A DNA stretch of 64,000 nt, taken from contig CAJJDF010000034.1 in the NCBI GenBank assembly GCA_905182785.1, forward strand, positions 20,953-84,952, given 5' to 3'. The position numbers and the translations under genes were made by a program. The DNA is from an uncultured Flavobacteriales bacterium (lineage in GTDB: Bacteria; Bacteroidota; Bacteroidia; Flavobacteriales_D; CAJJDF01). Under the pieces are notes generated by a model. That model saw only the letters and a list, made by a program, of their open reading frames with translations. It did not search any database and was not told where the DNA came from. Below, piece by piece: positions 1-9,520 of the stretch. The stretch's first letter is position 1. Every line of letters begins with the position of its first letter.

Positions 1-1
1 A

Positions 2-1000
2 AGAGTTGCCGAAAAAGAAACGGGTCGTTTGGTGAAAATGGCTGAAAATCTTAGAGGAACTGTAATTGGACAAGACGAAGCTATTAAAAAGGTGGTGAAG
101 GCGATTCAAAGAAATAGAGCCGGACTTAAAGATCCAAACAAACCAATTGGGTCATTTATATTTTTAGGACCAACAGGAGTTGGGAAAACACAATTAGCTA
201 AAGAATTGGCTAAATACATGTTTGATTCAGAAGAATCTCTTATTCGTATTGACATGAGTGAATACATGGAGAAATTTTCTATCTCTAGACTTGTAGGAGC
301 TCCTCCGGGATACGTAGGATATGAAGAAGGTGGTCAACTTACCGAGAAAGTAAGAAGAAAACCCTACTCTATTATTTTGCTGGATGAAATAGAAAAAGCA
401 CATCCAGATGTGTTTAATTTATTACTGCAAGCTTTAGATGACGGTCAATTGACTGACAGTCTAGGAAGAAAAGTTGATTTCAGAAATACGGTAATTATCA
501 TGACTTCAAACATTGGAGCAAGACAGTTACAAGATTTTGGAACAGGTGTAGGATTTGGTACAAAAGCAAAAACAGACAGTGTAGACAAAGACACGCAAAG
601 TGTTATTCAGACTGCTCTTAAAAAAGCTTTTGCTCCAGAATTCTTGAACAGAATTGACGACTTAGTCTTATTCAACTCTCTTGATAAAGCAGATATTCAT
701 AAGATTATTGATATTGAGTTATCTAAACTTTATGCAAGAATTGACGATTTAGGATTCAATATAGAATTGACTAACAAAGCCAAAGATTTTGTTGCAGATA
801 AAGGGTATGATGCTAAATATGGTGCGAGACCACTAAAAAGAGCAATCCAAAAATACTTGGAAGACCCTTTGGCAGAACAAATCATCCAACACGAAATTGG
901 AGATGGAGACATGCTTGTAATTGATTATGATGCAAAAAAAGAAGAAATCGTAATCAAACCTAAAAAAGTAAAGAAAAAGAAAAAATCTACTGAAGAGTAA
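2..1000 (+). CDS. Clp/Hsp100 AAA+ chaperone (ClpC/ClpB family), C-terminal D2 module; 5' end lies outside the window
   Basis: The reading frame is open to the window edge. Walker A GPTGVGKT, Walker B LLDEIEKAH, GAPPGYVGYEEGG and the ARPLKRAIQ sensor-2 region are present. ClpC cannot be separated from ClpB using D2 alone. Confidence 0.9.
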   Translation, partial: RVAEKETGRLVKMAENLRGTVIGQDEAIKKVVKAIQRNRAGLKDPNKPIGSFIFLGPTGVGKTQLAKELAKYMFDSEESLIRIDMSEYMEKFSISRLVGAPPGYVGYEEGGQLTEKVRRKPYSIILLDEIEKAHPDVFNLLLQALDDGQLTDSLGRKVDFRNTVIIMTSNIGARQLQDFGTGVGFGTKAKTDSVDKDTQSVIQTALKKAFAPEFLNRIDDLVLFNSLDKADIHKIIDIELSKLYARIDDLGFNIELTNKAKDFVADKGYDAKYGARPLKRAIQKYLEDPLAEQIIQHEIGDGDMLVIDYDAKKEEIVIKPKKVKKKKKSTEE

Positions 1001-1027
1001 CTATTCAGTTTCTTCTAAATACAAAAA

Positions 1028-1059
1028 GCCATCCTTCCTTTATGAGATGGCTTTTTTTT
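1028..1059 (+). terminator. Rho-independent terminator after the clp gene
   Basis: Stem GCCATC (1028-1033) pairs with GATGGC (1046-1051) and is followed by a T8 run. Confidence 0.7.
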
Positions 1060-1157
1060 ATGCTTTTTAATTTCCTTAATCGTCTTCTAGTTTTTAGTTC
1101 TTGATGCTTTTTTTTATCCTTTTTTTAGTAAATTCGAGTTCCAAAAATCAATAGATA

Positions 1158-3470
1158 TTGAAAGTCTGTATAGCTGAGAAACCAAGTGTAGCAAGAGAAA
1201 TTGCTAGTATATTAGGAGCCGATATAAAACGTAACGGCTACTATGAGGGGAATGGCTATGCGGTAACCTATACTTTTGGGCATTTGTGTACACTTTTGGA
1301 GCCTAGTGATTACCATCCACAATGGAAAAAATGGGATTTGAATATCTTACCCATGTTACCTGAGCGTTTTGACACCAAGGTAAATTCTAATGCGGGAATA
1401 AGAAAACAGTTTGACATTATAAAATCTTTATTCGACAAAGCGTCTGTGGTAATTAATTGCGGGGATGCAGGAACTGAAGGAGAGCTGATTCAAAGGTGGG
1501 TAATTAATCAATGTGAGTATAAAGGGGAAGTGAAAAGGCTATGGATTTCTTCGCTTACAGAAGAAGCTATCAAAGAAGGGTTTAAGAATTTGAAACCTTC
1601 TGCAAACTATGATAATTTGTATTATGCAGGTTTTTCTAGAGCGATTGGCGATTGGTTGTTGGGTTTAAATGCTACCCGTTTATTCACTGTGAAATACGGG
1701 GGATACAAACAAGTATTATCTGTGGGAAGAGTTCAAACTCCTACCCTAGCCATGTTGGTGAATCGATTTAAAGAAATTCAAAATTTTAAGCCACAACCTT
1801 ACTGGGAACTACAAACCACTTACCGAGATACATTGTTTAATTATGAAGACGGTCGTTTTCTTAAACAAGAAGATGGGCAAGTTTTAGCTGATAAAGTAAA
1901 GGAATCTGATTTTGAGATTATTTCTGTGAGCAAAAAGAAAGGAAAGGAATATGCTCCCAAACTGTTTGATTTAACTGGATTACAAGTGTATTGCAATACG
2001 AAATTTGGGTTTTCTGCTGATGAAACTTTAAAAACGGTTCAGAAGTTATATGAAATGAAAGTAGTTACTTACCCAAGAGTAGACACCACTTTTTTGCCTA
2101 ATGATGTTTACCCAAAGATTGAAGGAACCTTATCCAAATTAAATAATTACAGCCAGTTAACTCAACCCCTTTTAGGAGATAAAATAAGGAAGACTAAGCG
2201 TGTTTTTGATGATAAAAAGGTAACAGATCACCATGCCATTATACCAACTGGAATTCAGAATCATTTGCAACACAACCAACAATTGGTGTATGATATAATT
2301 ACACGAAGGTTTATTGGTGTGTTCTATCCAGAATCGGATGTTTCTAATTCCACTGTGATTGGCGAAGTAGCAGCTGTTCCTTTTAAAACCACAGGAAAAG
2401 AAATTTTGACCAAAGGCTGGCGAGTTGTATTTGAAACAGAAACGAGCAAAGACAAGGAGGAGCAACCTATTTTACCCACTTTTGTTAAAGGAGAAAAAGG
2501 ACCACACGAACCTTCTTTTTTAGAAAAAGAAACTAAACCACCAAGAAATTTCACAGAAGCTAGTTTGTTACGTGCCATGGAAACAGCAGGAAAACAAGTA
2601 GATGATGATGAAATGCGAGAGTTGATGAAAGAAAACGGAATTGGAAGACCGTCAACAAGGGCTAGTATTATTGAAACTTTATTTAGAAGAAAGTACATTG
2701 AACGCAAGAAAAAATTGGTTATTCCCACCGAAACAGGTGTTGGTTTAATTGATTTGATAGACAATGAACTGCTAAAGTCTGCTGAATTGACTGGACGTTG
2801 GGAAAAGCGATTGAAAGAAATTGAAAGAGGAGAATTTAAAGCGGGTACATTCATCCACAACATGAAAAAGATGGTGTATGAAATGGTGGAAGAAGTGAAA
2901 GCAAATAACACGGTAAAACGAATCACTTCCAATGTTCCTGAGAGCAAACCTGTGCAATCGTCAAAACCTGCCGTTAAAACAACAACAGTAAAATCGAAAA
3001 AAGAAGTGGTGGGAAAAACCTGCCTTAAATGTAAGAAAGGAAGCTTGATAAAAGGAGGAAGTGCTTATGGTTGTTCTGATTATAAAAACGGGTGTCAGTT
3101 TATCATTCCATTTAAGATTTACGGAAAGAAAATTTCTGAAAATCAATTGATACGATTGATTGACAAAGGAAGTACAACTAATTTGAAAGGGTTTACTATG
3201 GATTCTGGAAAGGTGGATGGATTAATAAAATTGGATGATAATTTTAATCTAACCTTAGAACCTAAAGTTTCGAAAACAATTGCTAAAAAATCGGAGACAA
3301 TCAGTTGCCCAAAATGTAAAAAAGGAACTATTTTGAAAGGAAAAACGGCCTACGGTTGTTCTCATTATAAAACAGGCTGTGATTTTGTGTTCACTTTTCA
3401 AAAGATTAAAGAAGTAGCTAACGGAAAAACATTAACTAAAGAGCTCGTTTTGGATATTATATCTAAATAA
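1158..3470 (+). CDS. topB: DNA topoisomerase III with two C-terminal C4 zinc ribbons
   Basis: TOPRIM N-terminus MKVCIAEKPSVA, GRVQTPTL, and the active-site region around YPRVDT. There are two CxxC...CxxxxxC ribbons near the C-terminus. The start is TTG because a TAG lies two codons upstream (1152-1154). Confidence 0.9.
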   Translation: MKVCIAEKPSVAREIASILGADIKRNGYYEGNGYAVTYTFGHLCTLLEPSDYHPQWKKWDLNILPMLPERFDTKVNSNAGIRKQFDIIKSLFDKASVVINCGDAGTEGELIQRWVINQCEYKGEVKRLWISSLTEEAIKEGFKNLKPSANYDNLYYAGFSRAIGDWLLGLNATRLFTVKYGGYKQVLSVGRVQTPTLAMLVNRFKEIQNFKPQPYWELQTTYRDTLFNYEDGRFLKQEDGQVLADKVKESDFEIISVSKKKGKEYAPKLFDLTGLQVYCNTKFGFSADETLKTVQKLYEMKVVTYPRVDTTFLPNDVYPKIEGTLSKLNNYSQLTQPLLGDKIRKTKRVFDDKKVTDHHAIIPTGIQNHLQHNQQLVYDIITRRFIGVFYPESDVSNSTVIGEVAAVPFKTTGKEILTKGWRVVFETETSKDKEEQPILPTFVKGEKGPHEPSFLEKETKPPRNFTEASLLRAMETAGKQVDDDEMRELMKENGIGRPSTRASIIETLFRRKYIERKKKLVIPTETGVGLIDLIDNELLKSAELTGRWEKRLKEIERGEFKAGTFIHNMKKMVYEMVEEVKANNTVKRITSNVPESKPVQSSKPAVKTTTVKSKKEVVGKTCLKCKKGSLIKGGSAYGCSDYKNGCQFIIPFKIYGKKISENQLIRLIDKGSTTNLKGFTMDSGKVDGLIKLDDNFNLTLEPKVSKTIAKKSETISCPKCKKGTILKGKTAYGCSHYKTGCDFVFTFQKIKEVANGKTLTKELVLDIISK

Positions 3471-3487
3471 AGTGAGTTTAATTTAGA

Positions 3488-4609
3488 TTAAAATAAACCG
3501 ATATTTTCCCCTCTCAACTCATTCATCACGCTAGTTTCCTTCAAAAACTGAGTCCAATATTTCTCCGGTAATTGTTCTTGGTTCATAAAGGCAATGCATT
3601 CCTTGAAAGACTCTATTACAGAGCTTTGAATAGTATTTACATTACACCACTCATAAAAAACAGCAAACTCCTCCTCTATTTGTCTTTTCTTTTCAATTGG
3701 AAAAGCTTTAATATTATAATAAAATGGCCTTTCAAGAATGTTGATGTAAAAGTCTTCGGTATTTATGATATTCTTCTCAATTCCAGTTTTATACAACTGA
3801 GGTAAATGAGCCAAATTAAGAATGGAGATTGTGGGAGCCAATTTGAAATTTATGTTCTCAAAACTTCTTATTTTCTCTCTGTTGGCAAGGAATAATTCCC
3901 AATTAAATTCCTTTCTTATGATTTCTCCTAGTTTTTCCGTGGCATCCACACTCCCTAAAACTTCTACTTTTTCGAACTGTTTCCAATACTCTAGAATATC
4001 ATATTCTTTAAATTTTAAGATAGAGAAATTGGTGTTGTATCTTAATTGTAAGTCGGTTATTCCATTTTCTATCAACCAATCTAGCAATAAATAATGTTCT
4101 TCGGTTACCAAAGGTTCGCCACCTGCAAAGTATATTTCTTTCGCTCCTTTTAATGCTTCTCCAGTTTCCGAAATGAATTGATTAAAATCATTTATGTTAT
4201 TGATAATAGCTTTTTCTCCTAAATTCCTTCCTAGTTTCTTAGCGTCTTGAAACCATTTAGAACTTGCGCCATGCCAACAAGTTCGGCATCTAAAATTACA
4301 AACGTTAGAGAATCGAATATCAAAATAAATTGGTTTCTCTTTTACTGTAATTTCTGTTGGAATTACCTCTGGGAATTTCTCGTAAGTTTCTTGCCTTATA
4401 CTCTTTCCTCCAGCTTCTTCAAGCTTATAGCAACCCGAACACCTTTTGTCTATTTCGCCTTTTAGGAATTTAGTTCTTAATTCCTGAATGGGTTCTCCAT
4501 TCCAAATTTCTTCAAACGAGTTTTCGTTTACATTTCCCAAAGGAATATTAGCAATACAACAAGCTTTTACTTTCCCATTGTCACTCACGTGATAATGAAT
4601 CCATGGCAT
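3488..4609 (-). CDS. Radical SAM enzyme with an N-terminal twitch/SPASM-like Cys-rich domain
   Basis: The CX3CX2C cluster motif CNFRCRTC and the GGEPL SAM-binding motif lie downstream of an N-terminal SPASM-like segment (GKVKACC...LGN...EEIWNG...RCSGC). Confidence 0.8.
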   Translation of the reverse strand: MPWIHYHVSDNGKVKACCIANIPLGNVNENSFEEIWNGEPIQELRTKFLKGEIDKRCSGCYKLEEAGGKSIRQETYEKFPEVIPTEITVKEKPIYFDIRFSNVCNFRCRTCWHGASSKWFQDAKKLGRNLGEKAIINNINDFNQFISETGEALKGAKEIYFAGGEPLVTEEHYLLLDWLIENGITDLQLRYNTNFSILKFKEYDILEYWKQFEKVEVLGSVDATEKLGEIIRKEFNWELFLANREKIRSFENINFKLAPTISILNLAHLPQLYKTGIEKNIINTEDFYINILERPFYYNIKAFPIEKKRQIEEEFAVFYEWCNVNTIQSSVIESFKECIAFMNQEQLPEKYWTQFLKETSVMNELRGENIGLF

Positions 4610-4639
4610 TAAGCAGTATGGTTTGGAGTTAGAAATAGA

Positions 4640-5875
4640 TTACTTCTTTTTTCTCTTCACTTTCTTATCAATATCTTCAATCTGCCCCATCAGTTCTTTG
4701 ATACTCAAATTTGTGTCTTCACTAAAATCTATTGTTTTTCTGTATTCATTTTGTTGTAATTCCAATACTTTAATTGGCTTTCCAACAAAATCTTCAATTT
4801 CTTTTAATAAAGGTTTTTCTTCTTTTGCACAAAATGAAACGGCATCTCCTTTCAATCTCCCTCTTCCTGTTCTACCAATCCTGTGTACGTAGTTTTCTGC
4901 TACATCTGGCATGTCATAATTCACAACATAATCCACATTAGCAATATCAATTCCACGAGCCGAAACATCTGTAGCTATCAGTATTTTTATTTCTCCTGTT
5001 CGGAATTTACCCATTACAGAAGTACGGGCTTTTTGTTCCTTATCTCCATGAATTGTTTCGGACACTACTTCCACTCTATCCATTGCTTTTTTAACTCTTT
5101 CTGCTCTTACTTTTGTTCGCACAAACACCAATATTTTCTTATCTGTATTTTCTTTGATTAATCGTTCCAAGAAAAAACGCTTGTCGTCCATTTTGATAAA
5201 AGCAACCGAGTGCTTTATATTTCTAGACACGGGATCTTTAGGTGCTATTTGAATACGAATAGCATTACTACGAATCAAATCGTAGGCAATCTTCTTAATC
5301 TTTTTGTTTATCGTAGCCGAGAAAAACAGAGTTTGTTTCATTTTTGGCATACGAGCAATTACATCTTCAATGTCTTTTATAAAACCTAAATCCAACATGT
5401 GATCGGCTTCATCCAACACCAAAGTATTTACTTTATCCAGATTTACATACTCTTGGTTGTGTAAATCAAACATACGTCCAGGAGTTGTGACCAGTACATC
5501 TACCCCGCTCAATAACCTGTCTATTTGTGATTCTTGCTCCACTCCTCCATACAAGGCAAGTGTTTTTACTTTTGTTCCTTTCCCTAATTTATTAAAAACT
5601 TCGGCAATTTGTTGTGCCAATTCTCTTGTAGGAACCATAACCAAAGCACGAATTACATTTTCTTTGTTGTTCTTTTTTTTCCTTTGAATGTAATTAATAA
5701 TAGGAATTGCAAAGGCAGCAGTCTTACCAGTTCCTGTTTGTGCAATTGCTAATAAATCTTCCCCCTTTACAATGGCAGGAATCGATTTGTATTGGATATC
5801 GGTAGGTTTTTTAAAACCCATCATTTCCAGATTTTTTATAATCTCTGGTGTAAAATTGTATTCGCTAAATTTCAT
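4640..5875 (-). CDS. DEAD-box ATP-dependent RNA helicase (RhlE-like) with a basic C-terminal tail
   Basis: Q-motif region (FKKPTDIQ), Walker A AQTGTGKT, DEAD box (VLDEADHM), SAT, and HRIGRTGR. Confidence 0.92.
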   Translation of the reverse strand: MKFSEYNFTPEIIKNLEMMGFKKPTDIQYKSIPAIVKGEDLLAIAQTGTGKTAAFAIPIINYIQRKKKNNKENVIRALVMVPTRELAQQIAEVFNKLGKGTKVKTLALYGGVEQESQIDRLLSGVDVLVTTPGRMFDLHNQEYVNLDKVNTLVLDEADHMLDLGFIKDIEDVIARMPKMKQTLFFSATINKKIKKIAYDLIRSNAIRIQIAPKDPVSRNIKHSVAFIKMDDKRFFLERLIKENTDKKILVFVRTKVRAERVKKAMDRVEVVSETIHGDKEQKARTSVMGKFRTGEIKILIATDVSARGIDIANVDYVVNYDMPDVAENYVHRIGRTGRGRLKGDAVSFCAKEEKPLLKEIEDFVGKPIKVLELQQNEYRKTIDFSEDTNLSIKELMGQIEDIDKKVKRKKK

Positions 5876-6037
5876 GGTGTAAAGGTAAGTTATAAAACCA
5901 TTATTCTATAATCGTAGATGAAGAATGTGAAAAGCAAAAATTATTTCGCAGGTATTTTTCTTATCTTACTGACGGTTAGACTAAAAATGATACAAAATAA
6001 CTGCATCTAGGCTAATCCCATTATTTTCAAAATTATA

Positions 6038-7570
6038 CTACCAACTAATCGGCATGTAATCTTTCAAAAACTTCCCACACCAATGCTTTCCAGTGATTAT
6101 TCCATCAATTAAAGGATCTAATACTCTGGCAGCTCCATCTACAATATCTAATGGAGGTTGAAAATCGTGTTCTTTTTGTTTCTTTTGAGATAATAAAACT
6201 GGATCTTCATCCGTAACCCAACCTGTATCCACAGCATTCATAAATACTCCATCTTTAGCAAATTCTGCCGCAGAAGTATGAGTTAGCATATTTAAAGCAG
6301 CTTTTGCCATGTTGGTGTGTGGATGTCTAGCAATTTTCTTAAACGTATGAAATTTACCTTCCATGGCCGAAACATTAATAATGTGTTTCATTCCTGTATT
6401 CTCTTCTCTCATCAGGTTACTCAAACGATTACACAATACAAATGGAGCAATAGAATTCACTAATTGAACCTCTATCATTTCAAGCGTTTCTATTTCTCCT
6501 AGTTTCAATCTCCAACTGTTCGTTTTTCTCAAATCTACTTGTTGTAAATCTGCATCCAACTGTCCTTCAGGAAATACTTCTTCGGGAGTTAAAGAATTAT
6601 CAAAACTATAAGGGATTTGCGATAATTTGGCCGAAGCTCTCAGTCCAATTCCTGGTTGACTTCCATGCCAAGTAACAGGTAAGTTTTTTTGGTCGGCAGT
6701 GTTTTCTGCAAAGGAATTCAATTCATTGATACACATTTCGTGATCTTTCAATAATCCTTGTGCAAACTGAGGTAATTCTTCAAACGATAATTCTTCCTTA
6801 TCCATCAAATGCTTAAAGAAACCGGCAGGTCTTCTTACAGTTTGAGCTGCATTATTAATTAAGATATCTAATCGTTTGTATTTGGATTCTATAAAATTAC
6901 AGAAGATTTCTACACTAGGAATATGTCTTAAATCCAATCCGTGAATGTGTAACCTATGTCCCCATTCAGTAAAATCTTCTTCTTTGGAAAAACGCAAAGC
7001 AGAATCTACAGGAAAACGAGTTGTAGCTACAACTTCGGCACCAGAACGCAATAGGATTAAAGTAATATGATACCCAATTTTTAATCTAGAACCAGTTACT
7101 ACTGCAACTTGCCCTTTCATGTCAGCAGTTTGAAAACGTTTGGCATAATTAAAATCCCCACACGATTCGCACATGGTATCGTAAAAATGGTGTAATTCGG
7201 TAAATTCTTCCTTACAAACGTAACAGTTCCTTGCTGACTCTAAGGATTTGTTTGTTCGCTCTTTTGGAATTTCTAGTAATTTAGGAGCAACAAAAACAGC
7301 ATCTTCTCTCGCACTTCTTATTCCCGTTTCTTTACGAGCGTGCTTTTCTCTTTCTCTTTTCTTTCTTGCTTCTGCTTTTTTAATCTCCTTTACCCTATTC
7401 TGTTTTTCTTTCTTATCTGGACGCGATAATTTTCCAGCCAAAATCATTAATTCTTCCCTTTTCTCTCTCGTCAAATCATATAACTGATCTGGGTTATCAA
7501 GAAAATTCGATAGCGTAGAAATTACCTTATCAATTTCTACTTTTGAAGCTGAGTTCTCTTTGTTTTCCAT
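6038..7570 (-). CDS. Atypical short-chain dehydrogenase/reductase with an N-terminal charged helix and a CxxC...CxxC zinc ribbon
   Basis: Rossmann motif [13 protein letters not shown] and NNAA are present. The expected YxxxK site reads T-N-M-A-K. The N-terminal part holds a [28 protein letters not shown] stretch followed by CYVCKEEF...CESCGDF. Confidence 0.75.
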   Translation of the reverse strand: MENKENSASKVEIDKVISTLSNFLDNPDQLYDLTREKREELMILAGKLSRPDKKEKQNRVKEIKKAEARKKREREKHARKETGIRSAREDAVFVAPKLLEIPKERTNKSLESARNCYVCKEEFTELHHFYDTMCESCGDFNYAKRFQTADMKGQVAVVTGSRLKIGYHITLILLRSGAEVVATTRFPVDSALRFSKEEDFTEWGHRLHIHGLDLRHIPSVEIFCNFIESKYKRLDILINNAAQTVRRPAGFFKHLMDKEELSFEELPQFAQGLLKDHEMCINELNSFAENTADQKNLPVTWHGSQPGIGLRASAKLSQIPYSFDNSLTPEEVFPEGQLDADLQQVDLRKTNSWRLKLGEIETLEMIEVQLVNSIAPFVLCNRLSNLMREENTGMKHIINVSAMEGKFHTFKKIARHPHTNMAKAALNMLTHTSAAEFAKDGVFMNAVDTGWVTDEDPVLLSQKKQKEHDFQPPLDIVDGAARVLDPLIDGIITGKHWCGKFLKDYMPISW

Positions 7571-7571
7571 A

Positions 7572-8222
7572 TTATCTACTTGCTACTTCTTTCAATACAT
7601 TTTGATATACCTCCTCTAAGTCTTTCACTTCTCTAAATCCATTAGAAATCATAAAAAACTCTTTACCCAATTTTACAACAACCGAAGGAAATCCTTTAAC
7701 TCCCATTTCTGAGGACAATTGAAAATCTGATTTAGTTGCATGTTTTGCTTCGTCAGTTTCAAACAACTCAGAAAATTTAGCAGTATCCAAGCCTAATTCT
7801 GTTGCTATTTCTAAGTGCGTAGCTAGTTTGGTTGTGTCTTTATTTTCTTTATAAAAAGCAGTTTGCACTTTTTTAAAAAACTCCCATTCCTTTGTTTTAT
7901 CCATCATTCTTACCACTACTACAGCTCTTGAAGCAGGTTCGGTATCAAGAAGGATATCAGGGTCTTCTAGAATATCATAAGAAAAAGATTGTCCTGTGCG
8001 TTCGTTTATTTCTATCCAATGCTTTCTTAAAAAATCAGCCATTTCGGTAATTTTCTCTGTTCCAAATGGCCTTAATCCACCTTGCACTAACCTCACCTTG
8101 AGCTCAGGATGTAGCTTAATAAATTGGTCCATTTCTGGAGCAAAACCATAACACCACGAACACATAGTGTCTCCCACATAAATTACGGAATTTTCTTCCT
8201 CTTGTATCCAATCTAAATTCAT
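7572..8222 (-). CDS. DsbA-family thioredoxin-fold protein, apparently cytoplasmic (no signal peptide)
   Basis: A CSWC active-site motif sits near the N-terminus. The size and helical insertion are typical of DsbA/FrnE-like proteins. The stop lies 1 nt from the start of the downstream SDR gene. Confidence 0.75.
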   Translation of the reverse strand: MNLDWIQEEENSVIYVGDTMCSWCYGFAPEMDQFIKLHPELKVRLVQGGLRPFGTEKITEMADFLRKHWIEINERTGQSFSYDILEDPDILLDTEPASRAVVVVRMMDKTKEWEFFKKVQTAFYKENKDTTKLATHLEIATELGLDTAKFSELFETDEAKHATKSDFQLSSEMGVKGFPSVVVKLGKEFFMISNGFREVKDLEEVYQNVLKEVASR

Positions 8223-8261
8223 GATGTAAAATAATGTTATCCTCTAAATTATAATTGATTG

Positions 8262-8344
8262 TGCCCAGAAAGGGAGTCGAACCCTCACGCACAAAGTACA
8301 CACGCCCCTCAAGCGTGCCTGTCTACCAATTCCAGCATCTGGGC
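8262..8344 (-). tRNA. tRNA-Leu (anticodon GAG), class II with a long variable arm
   Basis: The reverse complement folds as a cloverleaf. Acceptor GCCCAGA pairs with TCTGGGC, the anticodon stem CACGC/GCGTG carries loop TTGAGGG, and the T-arm contains GGTTCGACTCC. CCA is not encoded. Confidence 0.9.
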
Positions 8345-8399
8345 AAATAGTTTTCAAAGATATAAAATTACTTTTGTTTTAAAATTATTATATTGAAAC

Positions 8400-9410
8400 A
8401 TGAAAAAAACAATTTTATTATTTTGCATAGCAACAGCAGTTGTTTCTTGCAAACCCGAGGCTCCTAAAGATTACGTAACACTTTCTGGAGCAGTTACAAA
8501 TCCTAACGAAGATTTATCCTTAGAGATAAGAAAAGGAAGAGACTACCTAAAAACAATTACGCTTAATGCGGACGGGACTTTCTCTGACACACTTAAAGTT
8601 CCTGAAGAAGGAAAGTACTACTTGATACACAATAAAGAAAATGCGGCTGTTTATTTGGCGAATGGAGCTGTCACCTCATTCACAATTAATACCGAAGAGT
8701 TTGATGAATCATTAAAATTTGAGGGTGGAAATGCAGATAAAAGCAATTTTTATGTAGCTAATTACATGTTGAACGAAACTAGTTTTGATGAAACTGCTTA
8801 TGAGAGTGAAGTTAATTTCTTAGCGAAATTCAATAAATATAAAAAAGGATATGATGAATTGAAAGCAACTTATAAATTGGATACTGGTTTTTATGCCAAA
8901 CAAGATGCTGAATTGGAACAAATGAGAAGCGGTACCCTTTCTTATATTCAAGAAAAAGAAAACCTAAAGAAGGAACTGACTGGAATACAATCTCCAAGTT
9001 TTGAAGGTTATGAAAATTACAAAGGAGGAACTTCTTCCTTGAGTGATTTTAAAGGGAAATATGTGTATGTAGATGTTTGGGCAACTTGGTGTGGACCTTG
9101 TAAAGCTGAAATTCCATCATTGAAAAAGGTAGAAAAGGCATACGAAGGAAAAAACATAGAATTCTTAAGTATATCAGTAGATGCTTTGAAAAACAAAGAA
9201 GCATGGAAAACAATGATTGCTGAAAAAGAAATGGGAGGTGTTCAATTATTCGCAACTAACAGTTGGGAATCTGATTTTGTAACTAATTATAAAATAAACG
9301 GTATTCCAAGGTTTATTTTGATTGGCCCAGACGGAATAATTATTACTCCAGATGCTCCAAGACCTAGTGATGCTAAGTTAATTGATTTATTTTTTAAGAA
9401 TAATATTTAA
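8400..9410 (+). CDS. TlpA-like thiol:disulfide oxidoreductase lipoprotein (thioredoxin fold)
   Basis: Lipoprotein signal ending VVSC, and a C-terminal thioredoxin domain with WATWCGPC. Confidence 0.85.
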   Translation: MKKTILLFCIATAVVSCKPEAPKDYVTLSGAVTNPNEDLSLEIRKGRDYLKTITLNADGTFSDTLKVPEEGKYYLIHNKENAAVYLANGAVTSFTINTEEFDESLKFEGGNADKSNFYVANYMLNETSFDETAYESEVNFLAKFNKYKKGYDELKATYKLDTGFYAKQDAELEQMRSGTLSYIQEKENLKKELTGIQSPSFEGYENYKGGTSSLSDFKGKYVYVDVWATWCGPCKAEIPSLKKVEKAYEGKNIEFLSISVDALKNKEAWKTMIAEKEMGGVQLFATNSWESDFVTNYKINGIPRFILIGPDGIIITPDAPRPSDAKLIDLFFKNNI

Positions 9411-9520
9411 CTATTAACTTAAATAAGATAAAAAAATAACTTTATAGTAATTTTAGCCCTGTTGCTTATTGTACAAATTACAATAATTATCATTATATTT
9501 GGAATTATAACTTTATAATT

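Noticed and set aside
2324-2947. A 207-aa ORF antisense to topB, plus similar antisense ORFs at 2172..2465, 4623..4892, 11002..11307, 22622..23011, 25806..26168, 47401..47814, 50194..50487 and 62612..62926.
   Set aside because: Each lies entirely inside a strongly supported gene on the opposite strand. Their compositions are low-complexity (Ser/Phe/Leu/Ile-rich), as expected from reading AT-rich coding DNA backwards, and they have no motifs or signal features.
8116-8301. A 61-aa ORF spanning the DsbA-like start region and tRNA-Leu.
   Set aside because: It overlaps a canonical tRNA cloverleaf and the 5' end of a real gene, so it is a chance ORF.
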